Shown: positions 21,192 to 29,698, counted from the first letter of the stretch. The stretch is 64,000 nt of DNA from Candidatus Aenigmatarchaeota archaeon (GCA_030018415.1 JASEGC010000001.1:535033-599032), one strand, 5' to 3'. Notes: generated by a model not told the origin, from the sequence alone. Numbers and translations: made by a program.

Positions 21192-21525
21192 CTATTGTTA
21201 ATTCGTGATGAAACTATAAATTTTTGTGGGTTAAGTTCGGCTATAATTTCTATAATGTAGAAAAAAATTTCCTATTTTTTGTCAACACTACTGAAAAATA
21301 GATATCCAATTATATACTAATTGATAGAAATCTTTTTCTCTTAACTTTTCAAAAAAGAATTTGTTAGACTTATTGGTCGTGAAAAAATGGAGGAAAAACA
21401 ATTCGACAAGTTCTGGGAAATTAAATGTCCTAAGTGCAACGAAACCATTGACCTGGAAATTCTTATCAATTTGTTAGGTAAAAAAATTGCCGATTCAAAA
21501 AAGAAAAAAAGCTAAAAAAATATGG

Positions 21526-22875
21526 ATGAAGTACATATTTTTTCTTATTCTTGTTTTTTTAATCAGCTTTTTCATATCTTATCAATTTGATATTGGTGGT
21601 CGTTATGTTCTTGTCATAAACGAAACAACAACTACTTCAACTGTTACTACAACTGTGAAGCCAAAGGTTAGAATTGAAACTGTTGAAGTCAAGGTCACAA
21701 CTACTGAAGCCACTACAACAACTAGGATTACAACCACAACATCAACTACAACTGTTTTAAAAACTACTACTACCGTCTCAAAGGCAGGGAGAGGCAGAGT
21801 AAAAGAAACGACCACAACTATACCAAAGCCTGTTGCAAAGATCATCATCAACGAGGTAATGTACGATCCTCCTGGTTCTGATCCAGGGGGTGAGTGGATT
21901 GAAATCTATAATAATGATACTTTTGATTGTGATATAGTCGACTGGAAATTTTTTGAGGATAATACAAACCATCGTTTGAATCTTGAGCAGGGTAGCATGA
22001 TAATTCCGGCGAAAGGATATGCGATAATAGCTGATAACGCGACTAACTTCATCGTCAACCATCCAGGTTTTAGCGGAACTGTAATAGACAGTGTATTTTC
22101 GTTGAGCAATATAGGTGAGTACATAGCTTTGAAAGATTACTCTTTGAGTGTAGTTGATGAAGTGACTTATAATAGTTCATGGGGTGGTAATGGGACGAAT
22201 AAGACACTAGAGAGGAAGGGAAATGAATGGTATGAGAGTTTGTTAGAGGGAGGGACACCTGGATATGAGAATAGTGTTTCTACTTTTGTGACAACTACAA
22301 CAACCTTGGCAACGACGACTACTACTGCTCCAACCACAACAGTTCCTGTTATTGCTGATCATGTGGTCATAAGTGAGATTTACTATGATCCTTTCAATGA
22401 AAGTTGTAGTGAATTCATTGAGTTATACAATCCAAAAAGTGAAGACGTTAATATCAGTGCTTGGACAATAGCCACCCCAACTTCTGCAAATGATGCTACT
22501 ATCCCGCCAAATTCTTTCATAAAATCTTATGGATTTTATTTGATTGTGGACAGTTGCTGGTATACAGGTAGAGATGAGTCTACTTGGCCTGAAGCTGATC
22601 ACAATGAAACAATAACACTGAGGAATGATGATGGCTGGATCATTTTAAAGAATAATCTCGGAACTATTGTAGATAAAGTTGGATGGGGAAATGCTACAAA
22701 TTATGAAGGAAATCAAACCCTTGATGTCAATGAAGGTAAGAGTATAGAGAGAAAACCAGGATACTTGAATTCAACAGCAGGAAATGGGTGGGATAGCGAT
22801 AACAACCTTGAAGACTTTATTTCCAGAGAAATACCAGAGCCTCAGAATTCTTCTTTTGTTGAGTTTCCAGGATGA
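21526..22875 (+). CDS. Membrane-anchored protein with two lamin-tail domains (LTD) separated by Thr-rich stalks
   Basis: There is an N-terminal TM helix (MKYIFFLILVFLISFFISY) and poly-Thr stretches. The two LTD signatures are IINEVMYDPPGSDPGGEWIEIYN and VISEIYYDPFNESCSEFIELYN, each followed by ..D.V.W(G). Confidence 0.8.
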   Translation: MKYIFFLILVFLISFFISYQFDIGGRYVLVINETTTTSTVTTTVKPKVRIETVEVKVTTTEATTTTRITTTTSTTTVLKTTTTVSKAGRGRVKETTTTIPKPVAKIIINEVMYDPPGSDPGGEWIEIYNNDTFDCDIVDWKFFEDNTNHRLNLEQGSMIIPAKGYAIIADNATNFIVNHPGFSGTVIDSVFSLSNIGEYIALKDYSLSVVDEVTYNSSWGGNGTNKTLERKGNEWYESLLEGGTPGYENSVSTFVTTTTTLATTTTTAPTTTVPVIADHVVISEIYYDPFNESCSEFIELYNPKSEDVNISAWTIATPTSANDATIPPNSFIKSYGFYLIVDSCWYTGRDESTWPEADHNETITLRNDDGWIILKNNLGTIVDKVGWGNATNYEGNQTLDVNEGKSIERKPGYLNSTAGNGWDSDNNLEDFISREIPEPQNSSFVEFPG

Positions 22876-22876
22876 A

Positions 22877-23095
22877 TTATTTCTTCCTCTTACTTTTCCT
22901 CAGATCCTCTCTTATGTATCTCATCTCTACTTCTAACTTACTGACAATACGCCATATTGCAAGAAGCTCTCCTTGACACAATAAACCTATAGCTAAAGCT
23001 GCTTCAGAAACTTCTGAAGAACCGAATAGAACCCAAATGGCTATAGCGATGATAAGAATAAACAATATCCAGAAAACAATTTCTTCATTCTTCAC
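22877..23095 (-). CDS. Small membrane protein, unknown function
   Basis: 72 aa with a GTG start and one or two TM helices. A frameshifted 28-codon paralogue of its N-terminus lies immediately upstream at 23096-23181. Confidence 0.4.
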   Translation of the reverse strand: MKNEEIVFWILFILIIAIAIWVLFGSSEVSEAALAIGLLCQGELLAIWRIVSKLEVEMRYIREDLRKSKRKK

Positions 23096-23603
23096 TCAAG
23101 CACCCCTTACAAGGATGTAAATGGCTAACCCTACGATTATAAGGAGCAAAATCCAAAAAAAACGATATCTTCTTTTTTCATATACTAGAGATTGTTTTTG
23201 TTATTCAAATTTTTTCGATCAGCAGAACCCTTCTCTTGAAAACTCTTTCTTTTATTGAAATTGTGTAGTTAAATTAATTTTTCGTCCCAAAAAAAGTTAG
23301 TAGGGAATTCACTTTTTCTAAGTACCTACTTTTGATTTGAGCACTAAATCTGGGTCTATTCCTGGTCTTTCTGTAGCTATAACCTCAGCGGAGGGTTCAA
23401 ATTTTCTATATTCCTCGTCAGCAACAGGATAGAGTGGTGTTTTGATACTTATGCTTCGATGAGATACTTTGAACGTTATTGTCCTGGATGAAAACTCGAT
23501 AGTAAATTTCTTTCTACTCTTGTGACATATCACTTGATGTTAGTAACATCTTCAACTATCGAATAAAAAATTACTTATTTTTTGATGTAAATAAAACTTA
23601 AGT

Positions 23604-23700
23604 AAGGTAGAAAATCTTTTTATTTTTAAAGAAAATAATTTTCTGATTAATAGAAGTTAAAATCTTAAATATTATGACAGATTTAAATTTAAATCTTTTA
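23604..23700 (+). promoter_or_regulatory. Bipartite upstream cassette, copy 1 (block A AAGGTAGAAAATCTTTTTATTTTT; block B TATGACAGATTTAAATTTAAATCTTTTA)
   Basis: Blocks A and B begin 69 nt apart. Block B is TATA-box-like. The GGAGGT Shine-Dalgarno and the ATG at 23740 follow. Three more copies occur in the window. Confidence 0.7.
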
Positions 23701-23739
23701 TTTCCTATCATATTACCATTAAAGATGGAGGTAGAATAA

Positions 23740-24762
23740 ATGAATAGTAAACTCTTTGTAGTAGTGACTTCAGCGATACTGCTCTTAACAGCAGTTCCAG
23801 TTTTTGCAGCAGACTTTCCAGTAGAAGCACCTGTGCCGAACCGTGAGCCAAGGGTCTTTGAATGCGGTAAATGGTTCGACATAGGAATTGAAGATACTGG
23901 AGTAGGCAGTGACGCAGGCGTAAACCCAACTGAATGGCGTCTTGGTATGTATGCTTTCACAGGAGAGAACATACACTGGATAGTGGTAGTCAGGGATTTG
24001 AATGGTGCAGAAGACATAAGTTATGCTAAAGTAACAGTTGATGGGCTAACAGAGGCTCTATGTCGACCAATAATTATGGGTGACGGAGAATGCTACGATG
24101 AGGTACCAGCATGGGAAACAGCACAAGACGGATTCGATTCAAGGTTTGACAAAGCCTTCGAATGTATAGTGACAGTAGAGCCACAATGGTACGGTGGCAG
24201 TTCAGTCAACATAGACGGATATGATCAAACAGGAGCATACAGCACGATGGATGTGGCAGAGCAATGGTTCTTCAACCCAGCAATTATAGTAGATCTTGAC
24301 ACGAACGATGGTGCTCCGAAGATTTGGTTTGAACAAAGACCGTTAGGACAAAAGGCACCATCAGGAAACAGACTAGAAATAACAAACCTAGCAGAAGGTG
24401 GAGTACTTCTTTGGCTATGGATTTCAGCGGACGACTTGACAGACCCAACAAACTCAGGTGCAATCTGCCCTGACAGCAATGTTCTAGATGTTGATCAATA
24501 TATGGAATACAAGGGTCAGATAGGTACTTTCATCGGTCCTTGGAGCTACATTACGAACCCAAGTGCGATAGATGGGTGCGAGATACCACCTGCGACATGT
24601 GAAGGAGCACAACCGCTATTAGGTCCGGGAACTGATCCACTAACAAATATCTTAGGCAACATGCTAACAGCAGAAGTACAATTTAGATTAGAGTATCCAA
24701 TACCATGTACACCAGGAACTTTCACGCAAGGATTGATCCACATAATAGTGAGAGCAGTCTAA
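23740..24762 (+). CDS. Secreted protein of unknown family, compositionally atypical
   Basis: 340 aa with the signal peptide MNSKLFVVVTSAILLLTAVPVFA and GGAGGT 7 nt upstream of the ATG. There is no TM anchor, no Thr linker and no valid N-x-S/T sequon. GC content is visibly higher than in the neighbouring genes. Confidence 0.75.
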   Translation: MNSKLFVVVTSAILLLTAVPVFAADFPVEAPVPNREPRVFECGKWFDIGIEDTGVGSDAGVNPTEWRLGMYAFTGENIHWIVVVRDLNGAEDISYAKVTVDGLTEALCRPIIMGDGECYDEVPAWETAQDGFDSRFDKAFECIVTVEPQWYGGSSVNIDGYDQTGAYSTMDVAEQWFFNPAIIVDLDTNDGAPKIWFEQRPLGQKAPSGNRLEITNLAEGGVLLWLWISADDLTDPTNSGAICPDSNVLDVDQYMEYKGQIGTFIGPWSYITNPSAIDGCEIPPATCEGAQPLLGPGTDPLTNILGNMLTAEVQFRLEYPIPCTPGTFTQGLIHIIVRAV

Positions 24763-24815
24763 GACCTTTAAAGAGCTGAAGAAAACTTTGGTCTCTTTTT
24801 CTTTTTATTTTTTAA
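24762..24815 (+). terminator. Possible terminator: short hairpin plus T-rich tract
   Basis: AGACC(ttt)AAAG ... CTTTGGTCT can pair, and CTTTTTCTTTTTATTTTTT follows immediately after the stop codon of the 340-aa gene. Confidence 0.35.
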
Positions 24816-24871
24816 AATTTCCGAAAAATTAAACGATACATTTACGTCTTTTTTCCACTTAAGTTAATACC

Positions 24872-26296
24872 ATGAAAAAATACATTCTTTTAGTAACAGG
24901 ATTAATAATAGCAACCGTTCTAGGTTCTATCGTATTCGCGTATGTTCCGAATAAAGACAAGATGGATGATTTTCTAAAGGAAAAACTCCAAGAATTAAAA
25001 GATGGCGAAAACATTTCTGTTATAATAGTTTTTGAAAAAGAACCTTTTCCAAGAATGGAAGGAGAGATAGAGAATAGATTCCACATCATTCCGGCTATTT
25101 CAGCAAAAATTTCTGCTAAAGAAATCCGAAAATTATCAGAATCGAAAGAAATCAAGAAAGTTTACCTTAACAAAAAAGTTCATATACTCTTAGACGATTC
25201 AGTCTCGATGATCAAAGCGGATAAAGTGCATTCAGAAGGAATTGATGGTACAGGAGTTAAAGTTTGCATCGTTGATACAGGTGTGGACGATTCTCATCCC
25301 TATTTAAAACGATTAATTGCAGAGTACGATTTTGTTAACAACGATAGCGATGCTACAGATGATAACGGACATGGTACACACATAGGAGGGATAATCGCAT
25401 CACAACATCCGACTTACAAAGGTGTTGCGCCAGGATCTTCATTGATAGCAGCAAAGGTTCTAGATGCAAGTGGTTCTGGAAATTACAATGATGTCATGGC
25501 AGGTATCGAGTGGTGTGTTGATAATGGAGCAAACGTAATTAGTCTAAGCCTAGGTGGAGAAAGGACGTACACCGGAAATTGTGATGATGACATCTTGGCT
25601 ATATTGGTTAATAATGTTGTTGCAGATGGCGTGATAGTCTCTGTTGCGGCAGGAAACTCTGGAAAATATGGAATAAGTAGTCCTGCTTGCGCTTCTAAAG
25701 CGATCGCTGTGGGTGCTGTGGATAAGAACAAAAGAGTGATAGGTTGGTCGAGTAAGGGTTCAGAACTTGACATAGTCGCGCCAGGAGTCGATATCTACTC
25801 TACTTACTTGAACAACGGATGGAGATCTCTATCAGGGACTTCTATGGCTACCCCGCATGTGGCAGGAGTGACAGCATTATTGTTGCAAACAAAACCTGGT
25901 GCAACAGTGGACGAAACAGCGGACCCAGTCAGCGCATGCTACGAATGTTTGTGGTGGGGGTCATGTTTGAATGGATACTATAGGAGGGTTTTATGTACAT
26001 CAAGTGTACAAGGAGCTGGAATAGTGGATGCTTACGAGGCATATCAATCGTTAAGACCATCACCTACACCTACAACTACTACAACATCGTCTACAACAAC
26101 CACGAGTACAACAATTGTGACTACCACAACGACAGCTCCAACGACAACCACGATTCCATCAACTTGGCAAGAATGTTACAACTACTGTAGAGATGGAATA
26201 ACAAACCTACCAAAAACTTGTTGCGCATATTCTTGGATAATTTTTCATGTCAAGTATGGTTACTGTCGAAACGAGCCAAGAGATATTTGCGATTAA
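24872..26296 (+). CDS. Secreted subtilisin-like serine protease (S8) with I9-like propeptide, Thr linker and C-terminal Cys-rich domain
   Basis: The triad motifs are VCIVDTGVD, DDNGHGTHIGG and SGTSMATPHVAG. The linker is PTPTTTTTSSTTTTSTTIVTTTTTAPTTTTIPS. The C-terminus is WQECYNYCRDG..CCAYS...CRNEPRDICD, with no TM helix. Confidence 0.9.
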   Translation: MKKYILLVTGLIIATVLGSIVFAYVPNKDKMDDFLKEKLQELKDGENISVIIVFEKEPFPRMEGEIENRFHIIPAISAKISAKEIRKLSESKEIKKVYLNKKVHILLDDSVSMIKADKVHSEGIDGTGVKVCIVDTGVDDSHPYLKRLIAEYDFVNNDSDATDDNGHGTHIGGIIASQHPTYKGVAPGSSLIAAKVLDASGSGNYNDVMAGIEWCVDNGANVISLSLGGERTYTGNCDDDILAILVNNVVADGVIVSVAAGNSGKYGISSPACASKAIAVGAVDKNKRVIGWSSKGSELDIVAPGVDIYSTYLNNGWRSLSGTSMATPHVAGVTALLLQTKPGATVDETADPVSACYECLWWGSCLNGYYRRVLCTSSVQGAGIVDAYEAYQSLRPSPTPTTTTTSSTTTTSTTIVTTTTTAPTTTTIPSTWQECYNYCRDGITNLPKTCCAYSWIIFHVKYGYCRNEPRDICD

Positions 26297-26347
26297 TCCT
26301 CTTCTTTTAAAATCAGACTTCTTCTAGATGAAAAATTAATTTCAATA

Positions 26348-26444
26348 AAGTAGTAAAATCTTTTCTTTTTATTATTAGAATCATTAAAAGGTAGTATAAG
26401 CTTAAAATAAATATTTTATGAAATTAATAATTTAAATCTCTAAT
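26348..26444 (+). promoter_or_regulatory. Bipartite upstream cassette, copy 2 (most divergent)
   Basis: The sequence is AAGTAGTAAAATCTTTTCTTTTTATT ... TATGAAATTAATAATTTAAATCTCTAAT. It shares the 5' extension GAAAATTAATTTCAATAA with copy 3 and lies upstream of the 778-aa gene. Confidence 0.6.
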
Positions 26445-26458
26445 ATTACAACATATTA

Positions 26459-28795
26459 ATGGTGAAAAACATGAAAAAAATCTTTTTCATCTCAGTGCTA
26501 TTAATTTTCCTAATTATACCGTCTGTCATCGCGTGCTCGAGTCCAGTCGTTTATAACGAGTATGGCGTCCCTATTTCTCTGTATGGGAATGGAATATTAA
26601 CGATCAACGGAAGCAAGTATGATTCAAGTATTTCCCTATTACAGTACAACTTAACAGTGAGCAACACGAACAATCAAAGTTTCACTATCAACTTTAATTC
26701 ATCTCCAGATCTCCTAAACTATGTTTTTGGCAACACTGCGACTCTTGACCCTAACGAGAAAAGGAAGGTTCCTATTTATGTATACATAGATGGCGATGAT
26801 AAAGTCGGAGAAATCAGAGTAACTGGCCAATGTGCAGATGGAATGAGTATGCCGTATTCCTCAACTTATTACTCGTTCTTTAAGTTAGTCATAGACGGCA
26901 GGAACATAAAACCGCCGAACGTGACTGGCTGTGAGAACATATACCAGATGAACGGATGCTACGATGGATACTACAGGAATTATTACTGCAGCAACAACAC
27001 TCCTCAATACTCTGAATCCTGCACTTCTTATTGCTGTCAGAAAAAGGCTGGAAAAGATGGATACTGTCAGAACAATGTTTGCATAGATCCTATAACTTGT
27101 GAGGATGAGTGTTCTTTCACAGGGAGAGAGTGTCGAGATGGCGATGCTTACTCTTGTGTTCTTGAGGAAGATGGTTGTTACCATCTTGTGTTAAAAGAGG
27201 AATGTGGAGATGATGTTTGTATAGACGGTCAATGCGTCAGCTCTTCTATACACGGAAAGATCGCATTCTTATGTCAAAGTGATGATTGTAACGATGGCAT
27301 TGAGAGTCAGTTGATATCCTGGTTGAATTCTAAAGGCTGGATTGTAGATACCAAGGCATACGATTCTTGGGATGATGAAGAGTTGGATGATTACGATGTC
27401 ATGATGTGTTCAGATCAACTGAAAGCTTGCAAGATTTCTCCAAAATCTCCTGTCTACATCGAGCATAAACTTCAGAATAAACCTTTCATCGAAATCTCAG
27501 ATTACAGAGAGGCTCAGTCTGCCTATGCTTTCAACTACGTCAAAACCCCTTATGGATACTTGGAGAAAGGTAAGAGCATTTTCATCACCAAGACCGAAGA
27601 CCCAATAACTGAGGTATTTTCCACCAAGACCAAGATATTCTCAGACGATAAAAAAATTACAGTCATGCCAGATTATCGTTTGACATCTCTCTCTGTAGAT
27701 TTAGCAGATGTGGAAGAGGATAAAGGCAGGTCGACTCTGTTCAAGGTTGACTCGCTAACAAGATATGCCTACGTAGGATGGTTCTACAAAGCATCAGTGT
27801 TTGATTTGACAGAAGACGGTAAAAAATTGCTTCTAAGAACTGTCCTTTGGGCAGCATGTGGCGATGAGTGTTTTGACCCTTCCAGTAGGAATCGTCCCCC
27901 GGTCGCGAAAGCTATGATAATACCGATCGCGTATGAAGGCATGATTGTTCTATTTGATGCATCGCAGTCTTATGACCCAGAAAACCAAACATTAACTTAT
28001 TACTGGGATTTTGGGGATGGTTCTAATTCAGGCTGGATTTCCGAGAGTATCACGACTCATGTTTACGATTCTCAAGGCATTTTTAACATTACTTTGATAG
28101 TCAGCGATGGCGAATTGGATTCGATTCCAGACATAAAAACACTCACCATACTTCCAAAGATCAAGAATAGGATTGCTTTTGTCTGTGGCAAGGAAGGTTG
28201 CATAAAAGATACAGAACAAGAATTGATGAAATTCTTGCAAGACAACGGATATTTTGTCGAGGGAAGAACACAGGATTCTTGGACAGATGAAGACTTGAAC
28301 AATTTTGACTTCATGGTATGCTCAGATGCTGTCAAGGGCTGTGGCATCAAATCATGGACTGCTGTTTTCGATAGACATGCTAACAAGATGATGGGATTCC
28401 TCGAGATTTCAGATTATCAATACATCAGGGCAGGCTACAAGTTCGGTTACACGAGTACTTATAGCGGCTATTATTCCAAGGACAGGAGTATAAAGATAGT
28501 GGGAAACGACCCGATAACGTCTGACCTTTCAGGTAAAGTTTATAATAGAGACGACATCATGGGTGGAATCTTCACTTCTTCTTTGGAGCCAGTCGCGATA
28601 AACTTAGTGAACATGAACAAGAAGGATGTGTCGGTCTTGTTTAAGGTTGATACAAACGAAAAACATGGGAGGTATGCTTATGTTGGTTGGTTCTATAGAT
28701 CTTCCATAAAAGACTTAACAGATGATGGCAAAAAAATGCTCTTGAGAACGATCAGATGGGTTCAGTGTGGAAATGTCGAAGGTTGTATTCAGTAA
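26459..28795 (+). CDS. Secreted multidomain protein: Ig-like N-domain, Cys-rich module, two copies of an unknown ~200-aa alpha/beta domain flanking a PKD domain
   Basis: 778 aa with a signal peptide; an alternative ATG at 26471 is preceded by GGTGA. The PKD signature is VLFDASQSYDPENQTLTYYWDFGDGS. The duplicated domain reads ..IAF(L/V)C......(E/T)(S/Q)(Q/E)L...L...G(W/Y).V......SW.DE(E/D)L(D/N).(Y/F)D.M.CSD...RYAYVGWFY..S..DLT.DGKK.LLRT..W. Confidence 0.8.
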   Translation: MVKNMKKIFFISVLLIFLIIPSVIACSSPVVYNEYGVPISLYGNGILTINGSKYDSSISLLQYNLTVSNTNNQSFTINFNSSPDLLNYVFGNTATLDPNEKRKVPIYVYIDGDDKVGEIRVTGQCADGMSMPYSSTYYSFFKLVIDGRNIKPPNVTGCENIYQMNGCYDGYYRNYYCSNNTPQYSESCTSYCCQKKAGKDGYCQNNVCIDPITCEDECSFTGRECRDGDAYSCVLEEDGCYHLVLKEECGDDVCIDGQCVSSSIHGKIAFLCQSDDCNDGIESQLISWLNSKGWIVDTKAYDSWDDEELDDYDVMMCSDQLKACKISPKSPVYIEHKLQNKPFIEISDYREAQSAYAFNYVKTPYGYLEKGKSIFITKTEDPITEVFSTKTKIFSDDKKITVMPDYRLTSLSVDLADVEEDKGRSTLFKVDSLTRYAYVGWFYKASVFDLTEDGKKLLLRTVLWAACGDECFDPSSRNRPPVAKAMIIPIAYEGMIVLFDASQSYDPENQTLTYYWDFGDGSNSGWISESITTHVYDSQGIFNITLIVSDGELDSIPDIKTLTILPKIKNRIAFVCGKEGCIKDTEQELMKFLQDNGYFVEGRTQDSWTDEDLNNFDFMVCSDAVKGCGIKSWTAVFDRHANKMMGFLEISDYQYIRAGYKFGYTSTYSGYYSKDRSIKIVGNDPITSDLSGKVYNRDDIMGGIFTSSLEPVAINLVNMNKKDVSVLFKVDTNEKHGRYAYVGWFYRSSIKDLTDDGKKMLLRTIRWVQCGNVEGCIQ

Positions 28796-28796
28796 A

Positions 28797-29078
28797 CTAC
28801 ATAGGAATTCCGAATGCTTCTGTTAACCTTTTTACTTTCCTAAGCTCGTTTATGTGATCATAACCCTTGGGCGTGAGTTTGTAGAACGTTCTATCATTCT
28901 TCTTAACTTCCTCTATAAAATCGTTAGATAAGAGTAAACTCAGGTATTCTTTAAGGGAAGAATGCGATAAGTTAGCACCGTACATGATATGCGTTGGCTT
29001 GGCTTTTCCATCCTCTCTCTGGATTATGTTCAGGATGTCCATCAATATAAGGAGTTTTGACCTTCGCTTCACTTGCAA
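28797..29078 (-). CDS. Small winged-helix transcriptional regulator (COG3432/HTH_45-like)
   Basis: 93 aa. The segment LILMDILNIIQ....AKPTHIMYGANLSHSSLKEYLSLLLSNDFIEE.....FYKLTPKGYDHINEL is the typical archaeal wHTH pattern. It overlaps the upstream 7TM gene by 10 nt. Confidence 0.65.
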   Translation of the reverse strand: MQVKRRSKLLILMDILNIIQREDGKAKPTHIMYGANLSHSSLKEYLSLLLSNDFIEEVKKNDRTFYKLTPKGYDHINELRKVKRLTEAFGIPM

Positions 29079-29698
29079 ACCACCCGGATAAGCATGTAGA
29101 GGAGGGAAACAAAGCCAGTGATCAAGAATATGTTAGCGACGAAGTACACCGACCCGCTAAACGGTGTTAACAACAAAAGGAGGTGAAATACTAGTATCGA
29201 CGTAAAAGCATAAGTCACAAGACCAGAATTCAAGTTTTTTTTCTCCTTCAGGTTGGCTGCGCATCTAAAAACGATGAAAGAAATTAACGCAACAGATAAC
29301 ACGTGGAACTCGAAGGAGCTAGCATACCAAATTGGAACGAAGAGTATGAAGAACTTACTCCTAAGTTTTTTCGGAAGGTACGACAGGAACAACATAAAAT
29401 AAGCAAACAATGAGACGATGTAGTAAAGCCTGAAACCGTAGTAGTTGATCAAGTTGATGCTTATACTCGAACCATGATACAATTCAAGAGTAGCATAAGT
29501 AAATAGGCTCGGGACGCTCAACACCAAAAATCCCAAACCAAGAGTTAGAAAACCTAAGAAAAGAAAAAGATGAGATTTTTCAGACGTTATCCTGTGGGCT
29601 TTAAAACCGAAGTAGCTGACGAGAAAACAGATTATCGCTGAGCAAGTATAGAAGATTGAGGTGACAGCATAGAACCAAAGAGGTATGAGTTCTGTCAT
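29069..29698 (-). CDS. Polytopic (about 7 TM) membrane protein, possible sensor partner of the wHTH
   Basis: 209 aa with about seven hydrophobic helices and no soluble domain. It is translationally coupled to the wHTH gene downstream. Confidence 0.55.
   Translation of the reverse strand: MTELIPLWFYAVTSIFYTCSAIICFLVSYFGFKAHRITSEKSHLFLFLGFLTLGLGFLVLSVPSLFTYATLELYHGSSISINLINYYGFRLYYIVSLFAYFMLFLSYLPKKLRSKFFILFVPIWYASSFEFHVLSVALISFIVFRCAANLKEKKNLNSGLVTYAFTSILVFHLLLLLTPFSGSVYFVANIFLITGFVSLLYMLIRVVCK

Noticed and set aside
23598-24017. 139-aa and other minus-strand ORFs overlapping the 340-aa gene and its promoter
   Set aside because: These are explained by the locally higher GC, which means fewer stop codons. 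The plus-strand gene has a signal peptide, a Shine-Dalgarno sequence and the upstream cassette. The minus-strand products have none of these features.
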